Positions 38,661 to 46,914 of a DNA stretch of 64,000 bases are shown one piece after another (within the stretch, counting starts at the first letter, position 1; each line of letters starts with the position of its first letter). The notes beneath the pieces are model-generated. The model saw nothing but the letters and a program-made list of their open reading frames with translations. It was not told where the DNA came from and did not search any database. This stretch comes from a virus (taxonomy: Duplodnaviria; Caudoviricetes): positions 1 through 64,000 of IMG/VR virus record IMGVR_UViG_3300027282_000088, one strand, 5' to 3'. Position numbers and translations under genes: made by a program.

Positions 38661-39608
38661 ATGTACTTTCCATACTTTCGCGGTAAGCAATTTGAGCTCA
38701 TCACTATTCGAGATACCGCAGAATTGCTGGCGAAGGCTGGTTTCATACCCATAATTGAACCCGTAAAAGAAGCACTGAAGGGGTTGACCCGTGCGCTTGA
38801 CGCGGTTTGTGAAAGCGGTGGGCATGCGATCGTAATAGTGAATCCTCAACATGGAAGCTTAGCTGGAAATGGAGCCGCAATATCGACTTTTCTCAAGGAA
38901 GGCTATCTTGAGACCGACAACGTAAGCGCTGGCATCTTATTGACGGATACGATGACGGTAATAGATGCCATGACGCTTTTTGAAGCTCATACAAATCATA
39001 GGCCGTATTTTATTCACTCGGGCTTTCTGCAGGAAAACGGCCTCGCAGAAAAACTTGGGGACGAGCTCAGTCATACACGACATGTCTTCATCGAACAGGC
39101 TAGCCCTGTATTATACCGAAAGAAGTTCAGCAGTGCTTCTCGAGTGCTGCTTCGGGATGGATTCAACAAACAGCGGAATGCTAGTTATCCTGCTGTTGAG
39201 CTTTTTTCAGATTTGCATGTAACATTTAATTCCGAGTTGGGTTTGAATGGTTTTGGAGACTTCCTAACTGTCGGGGATGACTATAGTGAGACAGGTGGAC
39301 CTGCTTATGCCGTCGCCATTCACATGACGTTCATTGATCCAGACAAAGACGATCAGATGTACGTGCGCCATTTTGTGTCAGATTCAAATAGCACTCCAAC
39401 GGATCCTGCTGGAAAGTTCGCAGAAGCGCTCTCTAAGCTGGTCACGAAGTTCAATCACGGAACATCAAACCTGTTTCATGGTAAGGCTTTATCTGAGTTC
39501 CTAGAGTTGCATGCAAAACAACACTTTCCAGGGCTGGGTCAGGTTAAAAAACTTTCGATGATCCATCACATTGAGACACTGGCAGACTATTTTTCTGAGG
39601 CGAATTGA
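38661..39608 (+). CDS. sce7725-family protein
   Basis: MYFPYFRGKQFEL start, GFGDFLTVG...GGPAYAVAIH, HFPGLGQVKKLSMIHH. Confidence 0.78.
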   Translation: MYFPYFRGKQFELITIRDTAELLAKAGFIPIIEPVKEALKGLTRALDAVCESGGHAIVIVNPQHGSLAGNGAAISTFLKEGYLETDNVSAGILLTDTMTVIDAMTLFEAHTNHRPYFIHSGFLQENGLAEKLGDELSHTRHVFIEQASPVLYRKKFSSASRVLLRDGFNKQRNASYPAVELFSDLHVTFNSELGLNGFGDFLTVGDDYSETGGPAYAVAIHMTFIDPDKDDQMYVRHFVSDSNSTPTDPAGKFAEALSKLVTKFNHGTSNLFHGKALSEFLELHAKQHFPGLGQVKKLSMIHHIETLADYFSEAN

Positions 39609-40672
39609 TGCCAAATAAATGCTGCCCAAACTGTTTTGGGGACCGTGGACTCGAAAAACACCTGTTTCAATTTCTGGCTACAGAATTGGCGAAAGGGGAT
39701 TGTAATTATTGCGGAGACCCTTCGGACAAACTTGTTGAACCGTCGGAGCTTTCTGATGTTTTTGAGCTGCTAGTCGAATCTTATGAAGAAGCTGAAGGCG
39801 GTGTAAGTCTTGTGGCAAACTTCAAAAAGGACTGGGGGCTTTTCTCTCATGCCAAAATGGACGAAGCACACGCCAAAGAACTACTTTCCGATATTTTAGA
39901 TGATGGAGAGATCGTTCGAAAGTCGTTTAGACCCTTGACCGCGCCGGATGACTCTAAGGTCGGTGATTGGCTTGAACTTCGTCAAGAACTTCGCTTCAAG
40001 AATAGGTATTTTCTAGACGAAAAAATTAAGGAAGAACGGTTGAAGCTTTTGCTCGAGTTCTTGCTTTCAGCACCGCTAGAAAAGATCTGGTTTCGAGCCA
40101 GGATCTCGCCTGATAATCAGCCTTTCGATGCCCAATCGATGGGAGCGCCACCAAAAGGTTCCGCTTCCCACGGAAGAGCCAACCCCGCAGGCATTCCGTA
40201 TCTCTATCTTGCATCTGATGAGAACACAGCGATTTCGGAAATACGCCCTCATACGGGTGAATTCGCGACCGTTGCAGAATTTGAGCTGCGTGAAGGACTT
40301 ACAATCGTCGATTTACGATCACCTAAGACACTCGTCTCTCCTTTTATCTGTGGATCTTCCGATGAGATTGTTCAGCTTAGGGCAGACTTGCCGTTCCTAG
40401 AAAGTCTGGGCCACGAACTCACTCGTCCGGTGCTGCCCCGCAGCGCCGCAACTGACTACGTTCCAAGTCAATATCTCTGCGAGTTTATAAAGAAAAAAGG
40501 ATTTGACGGTGTACTTTATACGAGTTCTGTGGGGACGGGAAAGAACTTGGCCCTCTTCGATACCGAAGCGGCAAATTGCATACGAGTATCCGTTTTTAGT
40601 GTCGCTAGCGTTGCAGTCACCGCTCATGAGTTTCGCACACAGGTTCGCCCGTTGGAGCGCGTTGAAAATTAG
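39608..40672 (+). CDS. RES-domain protein with N-terminal Cys motif
   Basis: WFRAR, GRANPAGIPYLY, AISEIRP, YVPSQYLCEFIK, FDGVLYTSS; N-terminal CPNC...CNYC. Confidence 0.88.
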   Translation: MPNKCCPNCFGDRGLEKHLFQFLATELAKGDCNYCGDPSDKLVEPSELSDVFELLVESYEEAEGGVSLVANFKKDWGLFSHAKMDEAHAKELLSDILDDGEIVRKSFRPLTAPDDSKVGDWLELRQELRFKNRYFLDEKIKEERLKLLLEFLLSAPLEKIWFRARISPDNQPFDAQSMGAPPKGSASHGRANPAGIPYLYLASDENTAISEIRPHTGEFATVAEFELREGLTIVDLRSPKTLVSPFICGSSDEIVQLRADLPFLESLGHELTRPVLPRSAATDYVPSQYLCEFIKKKGFDGVLYTSSVGTGKNLALFDTEAANCIRVSVFSVASVAVTAHEFRTQVRPLERVEN

Positions 40673-40813
40673 AAATAGATCTGGGGCGCGATAGGCTCGG
40701 TTTTACACTCTCGGCGAATGTCCGGTGTGACGTTCCGGGTCGCAGCATCTGGGTTGATCGACGAACGGTCGCTTTGGGCCGGACGTCACAGTCACCAATT
40801 TCTAAAAACCCCG

Positions 40814-40863
40814 TTGCTGTAAACTTCACTGTAATTCACTGCAAACTTCGCTGTCACGCTACA
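40814..40863 (-). repeat. Right end of prophage 1: terminal CA and two tandem transposase-site-like repeats
   Basis: Reverse complement TGTAGCGTGACAGCGAAGTTTGCAGT GAATTACAGTGAAGTTTACAGC (22-bp period). Confidence 0.82.
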
Positions 40864-40868
40864 ACAGT
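40864..40868. other. 5-bp spacer ACAGT between the two prophage ends (probable shared target duplication)
   Basis: CTACA|ACAGT|TGTAG; 5 bp is the Mu-family target duplication length. Confidence 0.75.
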
Positions 40869-41002
40869 TGTAGGGTTACACTCTAGTTTACAGTCATGCC
40901 GGAAGACCCAGAATGAGGCGGGATGAAGCCGGATAGGTCAATGAAATAAGGCATATTTCTGCGCGGACGCGGGGCTGCGGTTGGCATGGGTGAAGTTTGC
41001 AG
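40869..41002 (+). repeat. Left end of prophage 2: L1-like site, about 90-bp gap, L2-like site
   Basis: TGTAGGGTTACACTCTAGTTTACAGTCA matches the right end at 20/28 positions; GGTGAAGTTTGCAGT ending at 41002. Confidence 0.78.
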
Positions 41003-41312
41003 TAAAGTGCGAGAAGCGGGCGAAAACGGCGATGTTGGCGTTTTCGGGGCCACTGCGAACTGCGAAGCGCAAAATGTGCGAAACCCTATTGAAATATGGT
41101 TCAAACGGCTCTGAGAGGGGTGTTTAAGGGGGCATTTAACGGCCCCCGGCACGTCCGGAACTGGGACCAAGTCCGCCCAGTTCTAATTTGCCGTCCCACT
41201 TCCATGTTTCCGCTAATGAAATCAAATACATAGAGATTTCTGAAGTAGGATAAACGGAGAATAGAAGTGGGACGGTTTTTCTAGGCCTAAGGAACGCTAA
41301 AAGGTAGGTTCT

Positions 41313-41690
41313 TCAACGCGCATGAAGCTCACCGCGTTCACACGACCCGGCCCAGTCTGACGCAAATCCGTCGATCACTTCACGATAGACATCAGTTGGC
41401 ATCGTGCCTCCCTTAACCATTATGGGGCGGCCATAGGCATCGCGGATAATCCGTTCATAAACTGAACGCTGCGACGCAGTACGAAAAACACTTGGGCTGG
41501 TGTATTCTTGTAAAGTCTCTTCGAGAGACACCAGCCCGTACTGGCTACTACCGATTGCAACGCGGGCCACGAGAAATACAAGTTGGCAGTCGCCCTCATA
41601 GTCTTGATGGCTAACTTGCGCCGACGCAGAGTACGGGGCGGCGGCCACAAACATCGCCGTAAGAGCGGCACGGCATAGAAGCGTTCGCAC
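41313..41690 (-). CDS. Secreted/periplasmic hypothetical protein
   Basis: GGAGG RBS then GTG; signal peptide ending ASA-Q; AT-richer; downstream of repressor. Confidence 0.62.
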   Translation of the reverse strand: MRTLLCRAALTAMFVAAAPYSASAQVSHQDYEGDCQLVFLVARVAIGSSQYGLVSLEETLQEYTSPSVFRTASQRSVYERIIRDAYGRPIMVKGGTMPTDVYREVIDGFASDWAGSCERGELHAR

Positions 41691-41763
41691 GTTGAAACCT
41701 CCAAGTTTATCGTTGTGGCCTACCACGCATGTGCCGGTCAGGCAATGTCGCCCAGGATACGAC

Positions 41764-42255
41764 TTAGGGATCAACGGAATTGTGCAGGCGGGTTTTAAGC
41801 AGTTGCCGGATGTCCGGCAGCAGAGCCTCTAGCTCGTCGCCGTCCTCGGGATTTTCCATGCGCGAGAGCAGCTCGTTGTAGAACCATACGCCTTCCTTAA
41901 AATGCGTATCGCTAGGAAGGTCGAGGCCGAGATCGGCGTAGACCTTGCGGACTTCCGTTCCGCAGATCATCAGGATCATCGGATCGAGGCGCGCGCGCGT
42001 TGGCGGTGGCGGTTCGGCGGCGACGGGGTCGCCTTCGCCATAGAGAATGTAATCGGCTCGCAGGCCAAAGCGCCCTTGCAGCCGGATCAGGAAGTTGCGC
42101 GACGGTTCGCTCCGTCCGGCTTCGATATCACCAATATATCCTTGGCTCACCTCCATCGTAGAACCAAGGGCGCGTTGGGACAGCCCCTGCTTCTTTCTCC
42201 AGAGCGCAAGCCTTTTACCGGGATCCGCTGACATTCTGATAAAACCTATTGACAT
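41764..42255 (-). CDS. XRE-family HTH repressor without peptidase domain
   Basis: GLSQRALGSTMEVSQGYIGDIEAGRSEP HTH; start may be 42234. Confidence 0.85.
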   Translation of the reverse strand: MSIGFIRMSADPGKRLALWRKKQGLSQRALGSTMEVSQGYIGDIEAGRSEPSRNFLIRLQGRFGLRADYILYGEGDPVAAEPPPPTRARLDPMILMICGTEVRKVYADLGLDLPSDTHFKEGVWFYNELLSRMENPEDGDELEALLPDIRQLLKTRLHNSVDP

Positions 42256-42301
42256 GAACGTATTTCACGTTCAAAACTAAGCTTGAACGTGAAATACGGT
42301 C
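42249..42301. promoter_or_regulatory. Prophage 2 immunity region: TTGACA -35 and two 17-bp operators
   Basis: GAACGTATTTCACGTTC (42256-42272) and inverted GAACGTGAAATACGGTC (42285-42301). Confidence 0.72.
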
Positions 42302-42329
42302 ATTTTGTGACCTACTAGGGAAAAAGCAT

Positions 42330-42590
42330 ATGACAGAAAAAGTCACAACAATCCAGCCGGGACCCGTCTTCTATGACGTGTTCCTAGGGTATCTGCGGGT
42401 GATCGGCACCAACCTGAAGGATTGGTGCGTGCCGCATGGGGTGACGCCGACCAATGCCAAGAGCGCTGCCACCGGCGGATGGAACGGGACCAAGGCCCGC
42501 GCCCTGCGCCAAAAGATGCTTGACGAGGTGGGCGAGGAGACCTTTGCGCGGCTCTATGCCGACCGCATGCGGCGGGAGGACGCCGCATGA
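42330..42590 (+). CDS. Ner/Cro-like protein
   Basis: First gene divergent from repressor. Confidence 0.65.
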   Translation: MTEKVTTIQPGPVFYDVFLGYLRVIGTNLKDWCVPHGVTPTNAKSAATGGWNGTKARALRQKMLDEVGEETFARLYADRMRREDAA

Positions 42591-42790
42591 GCGGTATCAA
42601 GCTAGGCCGTGGCATGCGTGGGCGACTACGCGAAGTGCGCGACCCCGAACGCAACCTTCCTCCGGGCAGCGGCCTTGCTATCGCTATGATGCTCGCGTTC
42701 GTCTTCTGGGCCGTGGTCGCTTTCGGCCTGTCCTATGGGGTGCTGAGCCGAGACGCCGCCCCTGAAACACCCCCTTCAACACAGGATTAA
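42587..42790 (+). CDS. Small membrane protein
   Basis: Homologue of 4105-4275. Confidence 0.62.
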   Translation: MSGIKLGRGMRGRLREVRDPERNLPPGSGLAIAMMLAFVFWAVVAFGLSYGVLSRDAAPETPPSTQD

Positions 42791-42794
42791 TGCG

Positions 42795-43022
42795 ATGCGG
42801 ATTTCCGATCTGATCCCCGACGCGGGCCAGTTGCAGGCCGAGATCGCGGCCATCCCGCAAGTGCAGCGTGTGGCGCTGGCCTTGCAGCTGGTACGCGACA
42901 TCGACGAGCCCTGCTGTGCGCTGCCGTTGATGCGCCTGAGCCGCTTGGCAGAGGATCATCACCTGTCGATCCGCAAGGAAGCGTTCATGCGGGAAAATGA
43001 CCTGCGGAGGGTGCATCGTTGA
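42795..43022 (+). CDS. Hypothetical early protein
   Basis: Homologue of 4272-4487. Confidence 0.68.
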   Translation: MRISDLIPDAGQLQAEIAAIPQVQRVALALQLVRDIDEPCCALPLMRLSRLAEDHHLSIRKEAFMRENDLRRVHR

Positions 43023-43207
43023 AACCCCTGTTCAAACCCGTTTCCAAGATCCGCGCGCGTGCTGGCCTGTGCGCTGCGCGGTACCTGCGCCCCGGCTGTG
43101 CCCAGTCTGCTTGCTCCGGCCGGGGTGCTTTTTCTGTCATCGGCGATGTGGTGGGAGTGCTGGCGCTGTTCGTCCTGCTCTTCGGCGTCGCGTGCTTTGG
43201 AGGGTGA
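43019..43207 (+). CDS. Hypothetical early protein
   Basis: Homologue of 4484-4672. Confidence 0.6.
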   Translation: MKPLFKPVSKIRARAGLCAARYLRPGCAQSACSGRGAFSVIGDVVGVLALFVLLFGVACFGG

Positions 43208-43211
43208 TCGC

Positions 43212-43475
43212 ATGAGCCTGCATGTTCAAAAAACGGGCCGCGGCTACGCCGTTTTCGACGGCAAGGAGCGCGTGTCCGGCACGTTCAGCAACCGCGATAT
43301 CGCCCTGCGCGCCCAAGACCGGATGGACGTCGAGGCGGTTAAGTCACAGCACGCCCGCAACCGTCCTTGCCTCACCTGCGGCACCGAGTTCTGGTCGACG
43401 GGGCTGGGGCACCGCATGTGTGGCAACTGCCGTTCCGGTTGCGCCGGGCTCGATGCTCAGATGCTGGGCTGCTGA
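43212..43475 (+). CDS. Small zinc-ribbon protein
   Basis: Homologue of 4678-4938. Confidence 0.68.
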   Translation: MSLHVQKTGRGYAVFDGKERVSGTFSNRDIALRAQDRMDVEAVKSQHARNRPCLTCGTEFWSTGLGHRMCGNCRSGCAGLDAQMLGC

Positions 43476-43699
43476 TGCACCACGCGCCGCTCACCTCGCC
43501 CCGCCTGCAACGGGTTCTGGCCGTCCTCAAGGACGGTCGCCCGCATACCACGCGCGAGATCGTGCGCCGGGCGCATGTGGTGGCGGTGAACAGTTGCATT
43601 TCTGAACTGCGCGCGAACGGGGCGGAAATCCTCTGCACCCGCGAACGGAAAGGCGACCGGCTGATCTGCCGGTACACAATGACGAAGGCCCCAGAATGA
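43475..43699 (+). CDS. Small winged-helix protein
   Basis: RLQRVLAVLKDGRPHTTREI...ISELR; absent from prophage 1. Confidence 0.65.
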   Translation: MHHAPLTSPRLQRVLAVLKDGRPHTTREIVRRAHVVAVNSCISELRANGAEILCTRERKGDRLICRYTMTKAPE

Positions 43700-43908
43700 C
43701 CAAAACAGACAAATTGCACAAATTTGACAATCTCGCTCAGCTTGCCTTGGAAAAGGCCAATGCGATCAGGTTCGTTGCGCGCCAGCTGGCGAACGGGGAC
43801 CCCTTGTACATGGCCCTCCCAGACGTGCCGGTTTTCCTGATCAAGAGCGATATCGAAGCGCTTAAGGGGATACTAGAGGCCCTCGAAAAGGCGCTCGACA
43901 ATGAGTGA
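43696..43908 (+). CDS. Hypothetical protein
   Basis: Coupled ORF; absent from prophage 1. Confidence 0.55.
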   Translation: MTKTDKLHKFDNLAQLALEKANAIRFVARQLANGDPLYMALPDVPVFLIKSDIEALKGILEALEKALDNE

Positions 43909-44773
43909 AATGCGCCTGATCGAGACACGGGAGATGGCTGTTGCTGAAATCGTCATAGAGGACCGGCTGCGTCCTGTAGACGAGGTTGGTATCTCGGCCA
44001 TCCTCATGACAATCGACGAAGGTGGCTCTACCACCGATCCGATTGATGTGCGCCGCGTACGACGCAAAGGCACCGTAGTCTATCGCCTTATTGACGGCGC
44101 GCATCGGATTGAGGTCGCAAAGCGGCTCGGGAACGTCACGATCCTTGCGTCTGTCTACGACGGGACGGACGCCGATGCCCGCCTTATGGAGATCGAGCGC
44201 AATCTGGCCCGTGCTGAGATGAAGCCGATAGATCGCGCGGTCTTTCTGCTGGAGTACAAAGAGGCGTACGAAAAGAAGCACCCCGAAGCCCGCGCGGCGA
44301 TTGGTGAGGCTCTTGTTGCCAAGCGGTGGGATACGACGGGCACGATGCCCGTCGTATCTTTCGCCGTGAAAGTCGGGCAAATGACGGGACAGGATGAGAG
44401 CACGGTTCGGCGTCAGATCAGGGCTGTGAAGGCTCTGGAGGCGGATGAAGTTCGTGCAATCCAGTTGGCACCCCAATACCTCGGATACAAGGATATAGCA
44501 GAAATCGGCAAGATTTCTGATCCTGGAGAACGTAGCGAAGTCATGAAGGCGCTCTCTTCCGGGGAGGCAAAGACAGTCAACGCTGCCCGTAAGGCTTACC
44601 GTGTTGCACGGGGCGAAGCCCCGGCCCCGGCAAGTCCCAAGGACGCAACCCTGTCACGCCTCTTGGACGCATGGGACCGCGCGGGCAAGCGCGAGCGCAT
44701 GGCGTTTCTGGAGGAGCGCGGCGCGGAGGTTGCGACGCTGTTCGGGGAACTTGACCAAGGGGATGCAGCATGA
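43901..44773 (+). CDS. ParB/Srx N-terminal domain protein
   Basis: YRLIDGAHRIEVAKRLG motif. Confidence 0.82.
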   Translation: MSEMRLIETREMAVAEIVIEDRLRPVDEVGISAILMTIDEGGSTTDPIDVRRVRRKGTVVYRLIDGAHRIEVAKRLGNVTILASVYDGTDADARLMEIERNLARAEMKPIDRAVFLLEYKEAYEKKHPEARAAIGEALVAKRWDTTGTMPVVSFAVKVGQMTGQDESTVRRQIRAVKALEADEVRAIQLAPQYLGYKDIAEIGKISDPGERSEVMKALSSGEAKTVNAARKAYRVARGEAPAPASPKDATLSRLLDAWDRAGKRERMAFLEERGAEVATLFGELDQGDAA

Positions 44774-46896
44774 CAGGCCCGGCCCCTGCGCAGGAATGGT
44801 GGAGCGCGGCAGAGCTGGCGGAGGCCGGGCTTCCGGATCTCCCGAGCACAAAGCGCAAGATCAACGAACTGGCACAGCGTGATGGCTGGGCGCGACACGC
44901 GGGGAAGGCCCGGCGGCGCAAGGGGGTAGGCGGCGGCATCGAATATCACTGGAGCGTTCTGCCATTGCGCGCCCGCATGCGGCTAAGTTCCAGCCTGGTC
45001 AAAACCGCACCCGTTCAGCAGGGGCAAGACGCGGCATGGGATCGATATGCGGCGGCGGGTGACAAGGCCCGCGCTGAAGCCGAGGCGCGGCTGGCAGCCA
45101 TCGCCGAGGTCGAGTTACTGGAAGGGGCCGGGCTGACACGGTCGGCGGCGGTGCGGGAGGTCGCACGCAAGTCGGGACGCGCCGAGAAATCGCTCTGGAA
45201 TTATCTCTCGCACATCGAGGGCGTCGCACGCGCCGACCGGCTGGCCTATCTGATCGACGGGCGGGCGTTGCGGCGGGCACAAGGATCCCGACTGGATACA
45301 GACCCGGCCTTTCTGGCGCTCGTGCGCAGTGACTGGCTGCGCCCGTCCCAGCCCTCTCTCACAAGCTGCTATGACCGTGCAGTGCGCGTCTGGACGTCCG
45401 AGCGACGCAACAGTGTCGTGCCGCCGCTGCATCAGGTGCGGCGCTGGCTCAAGTCCAGCGTATCGGCCCCCACTGAAATCTACTTGCGCAGGGGCGAAGA
45501 GGCATTGCGCCGCCTCTATCCCGCGCAGGTCCGCAGCAAGGCATTCATGACCCCGCTCGAATGCGTGCAGGGCGACTATCACAAGTTCGACGTCTTCGTG
45601 GACTGGCCCGGCTACGACAAGCCCGTGCGCCCGCAGATGATGGTCTGGTCGGACGTCTATTCCGGCAAACTCTTGGCGTGGCGACTATCCCCGACGGCCA
45701 ACAGCCACACCGTGCAGCTGGTGACCGGCGATCTGATCCGGACCTATGGCATCCCGCAGTCGGTTCTGATCGACAACGGCCGGGAATTCGCCGCCAAGGC
45801 GATGACGGGCGGCACGCCGACCCGGTTTCGGTTCAAGATCACCGACGAAGATATCCCCGGCCTCCTTCCGCTCCTAGGTGTCGAAATCCATTGGGCCACG
45901 CCCTATTCGGGGCAATCCAAGCCCATCGAGCGCGCGTTTCGCGATCTCTGCGACCGGGTGGCCAAGCACCCGGCCTTTGACGGGGCCTATACCGGCAACA
46001 GACCGGAAGCCAAACCGGAGGACTATGGCTCCCGCGCCGTCCCGCTCGACGAGTTCCGCCTCGTATTGGAGGATGAGCTCGAGCATCACAACGCCCGGCC
46101 CGGGCGGCGCAGTGAAGTGGCCATGGGACGCTCGTTCAATGAGGTGTTCAACGCGGGCTATGCCAAGGCGACAGTCAAGCGCGCGACGGACGAACAGCTG
46201 CGCATGTGGCTCCTGCGCGCCGAGGGCGTGCGGGCCAAGACCGGAAACGGCGCGCTGAAGCTCTATGACACGGAATACTGGTCAGAGTGGATGTACCGGA
46301 TCGCAGGCGAAAAGGTGGTTGCGCGGTTCGACGCGGATGATTTGGGAGCCGGGCTCGAGGTCTATGATCTCACGGGCCGCTATTTGGGCCATGCCGCCTG
46401 TCTCGAGGCCGCCAAATTCATCGACGTCGAAGCCGCACGCGACCATGCGCGCAAGCGCGGGGCGTGGGCGAAGGCACAGAAGGCCGAGGCCAAGGCTGCG
46501 CGCGAGTTGACGGCAGCCGAGGTGGCAGCGCGGGTGCGTGCGGCCTCTGGCCTCGCAGCCAGTGAACCCTTGCCAGAAGCGCAAGTTCATCAGCTGGTGA
46601 CGCCGCACGCCGCCGCACCCAAGCGGCGTCGGCGCGCTCAAAGTGCCGAGGAGGTCGAGCATCTGGCCGAGATCGAGGCCCGCGTGATGCGGCTTGAGGA
46701 GCACCGCGTGCGGCCCGCCGAGCCCGCCGACGACGATCCCGAAATCATGTTCGCCCGCGCCCGCGTCCTTGAGCGCGCACAGGCGGACGGAGAGGCGCTG
46801 ACACAGGCGCAGGCCGACTGGCTGGCCGACTATCAGCAGAGTTCAGACTATCGCGCCAAACTACGCATGGCGCGTCTCTTTGGCACCCAAGAATAA
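44770..46896 (+). CDS. Mu-type DDE transposase A
   Basis: Same motifs as 5771-7894, with many substitutions. Confidence 0.95.
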   Translation: MTGPAPAQEWWSAAELAEAGLPDLPSTKRKINELAQRDGWARHAGKARRRKGVGGGIEYHWSVLPLRARMRLSSSLVKTAPVQQGQDAAWDRYAAAGDKARAEAEARLAAIAEVELLEGAGLTRSAAVREVARKSGRAEKSLWNYLSHIEGVARADRLAYLIDGRALRRAQGSRLDTDPAFLALVRSDWLRPSQPSLTSCYDRAVRVWTSERRNSVVPPLHQVRRWLKSSVSAPTEIYLRRGEEALRRLYPAQVRSKAFMTPLECVQGDYHKFDVFVDWPGYDKPVRPQMMVWSDVYSGKLLAWRLSPTANSHTVQLVTGDLIRTYGIPQSVLIDNGREFAAKAMTGGTPTRFRFKITDEDIPGLLPLLGVEIHWATPYSGQSKPIERAFRDLCDRVAKHPAFDGAYTGNRPEAKPEDYGSRAVPLDEFRLVLEDELEHHNARPGRRSEVAMGRSFNEVFNAGYAKATVKRATDEQLRMWLLRAEGVRAKTGNGALKLYDTEYWSEWMYRIAGEKVVARFDADDLGAGLEVYDLTGRYLGHAACLEAAKFIDVEAARDHARKRGAWAKAQKAEAKAARELTAAEVAARVRAASGLAASEPLPEAQVHQLVTPHAAAPKRRRRAQSAEEVEHLAEIEARVMRLEEHRVRPAEPADDDPEIMFARARVLERAQADGEALTQAQADWLADYQQSSDYRAKLRMARLFGTQE

Positions 46897-46914
46897 GAAG
46901 AAAAGGAGAGCAGA

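Larger units (their letters stand above)
1..40863 (+). mobile_element. Mu-like transposable prophage 1 (left end lies outside the window; right end at 40863)
   Basis: Mu-type gene order from repressor to com/mom position; ends in ...CTACA with tandem transposase-site-like repeats at 40814-40863. Confidence 0.92.
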
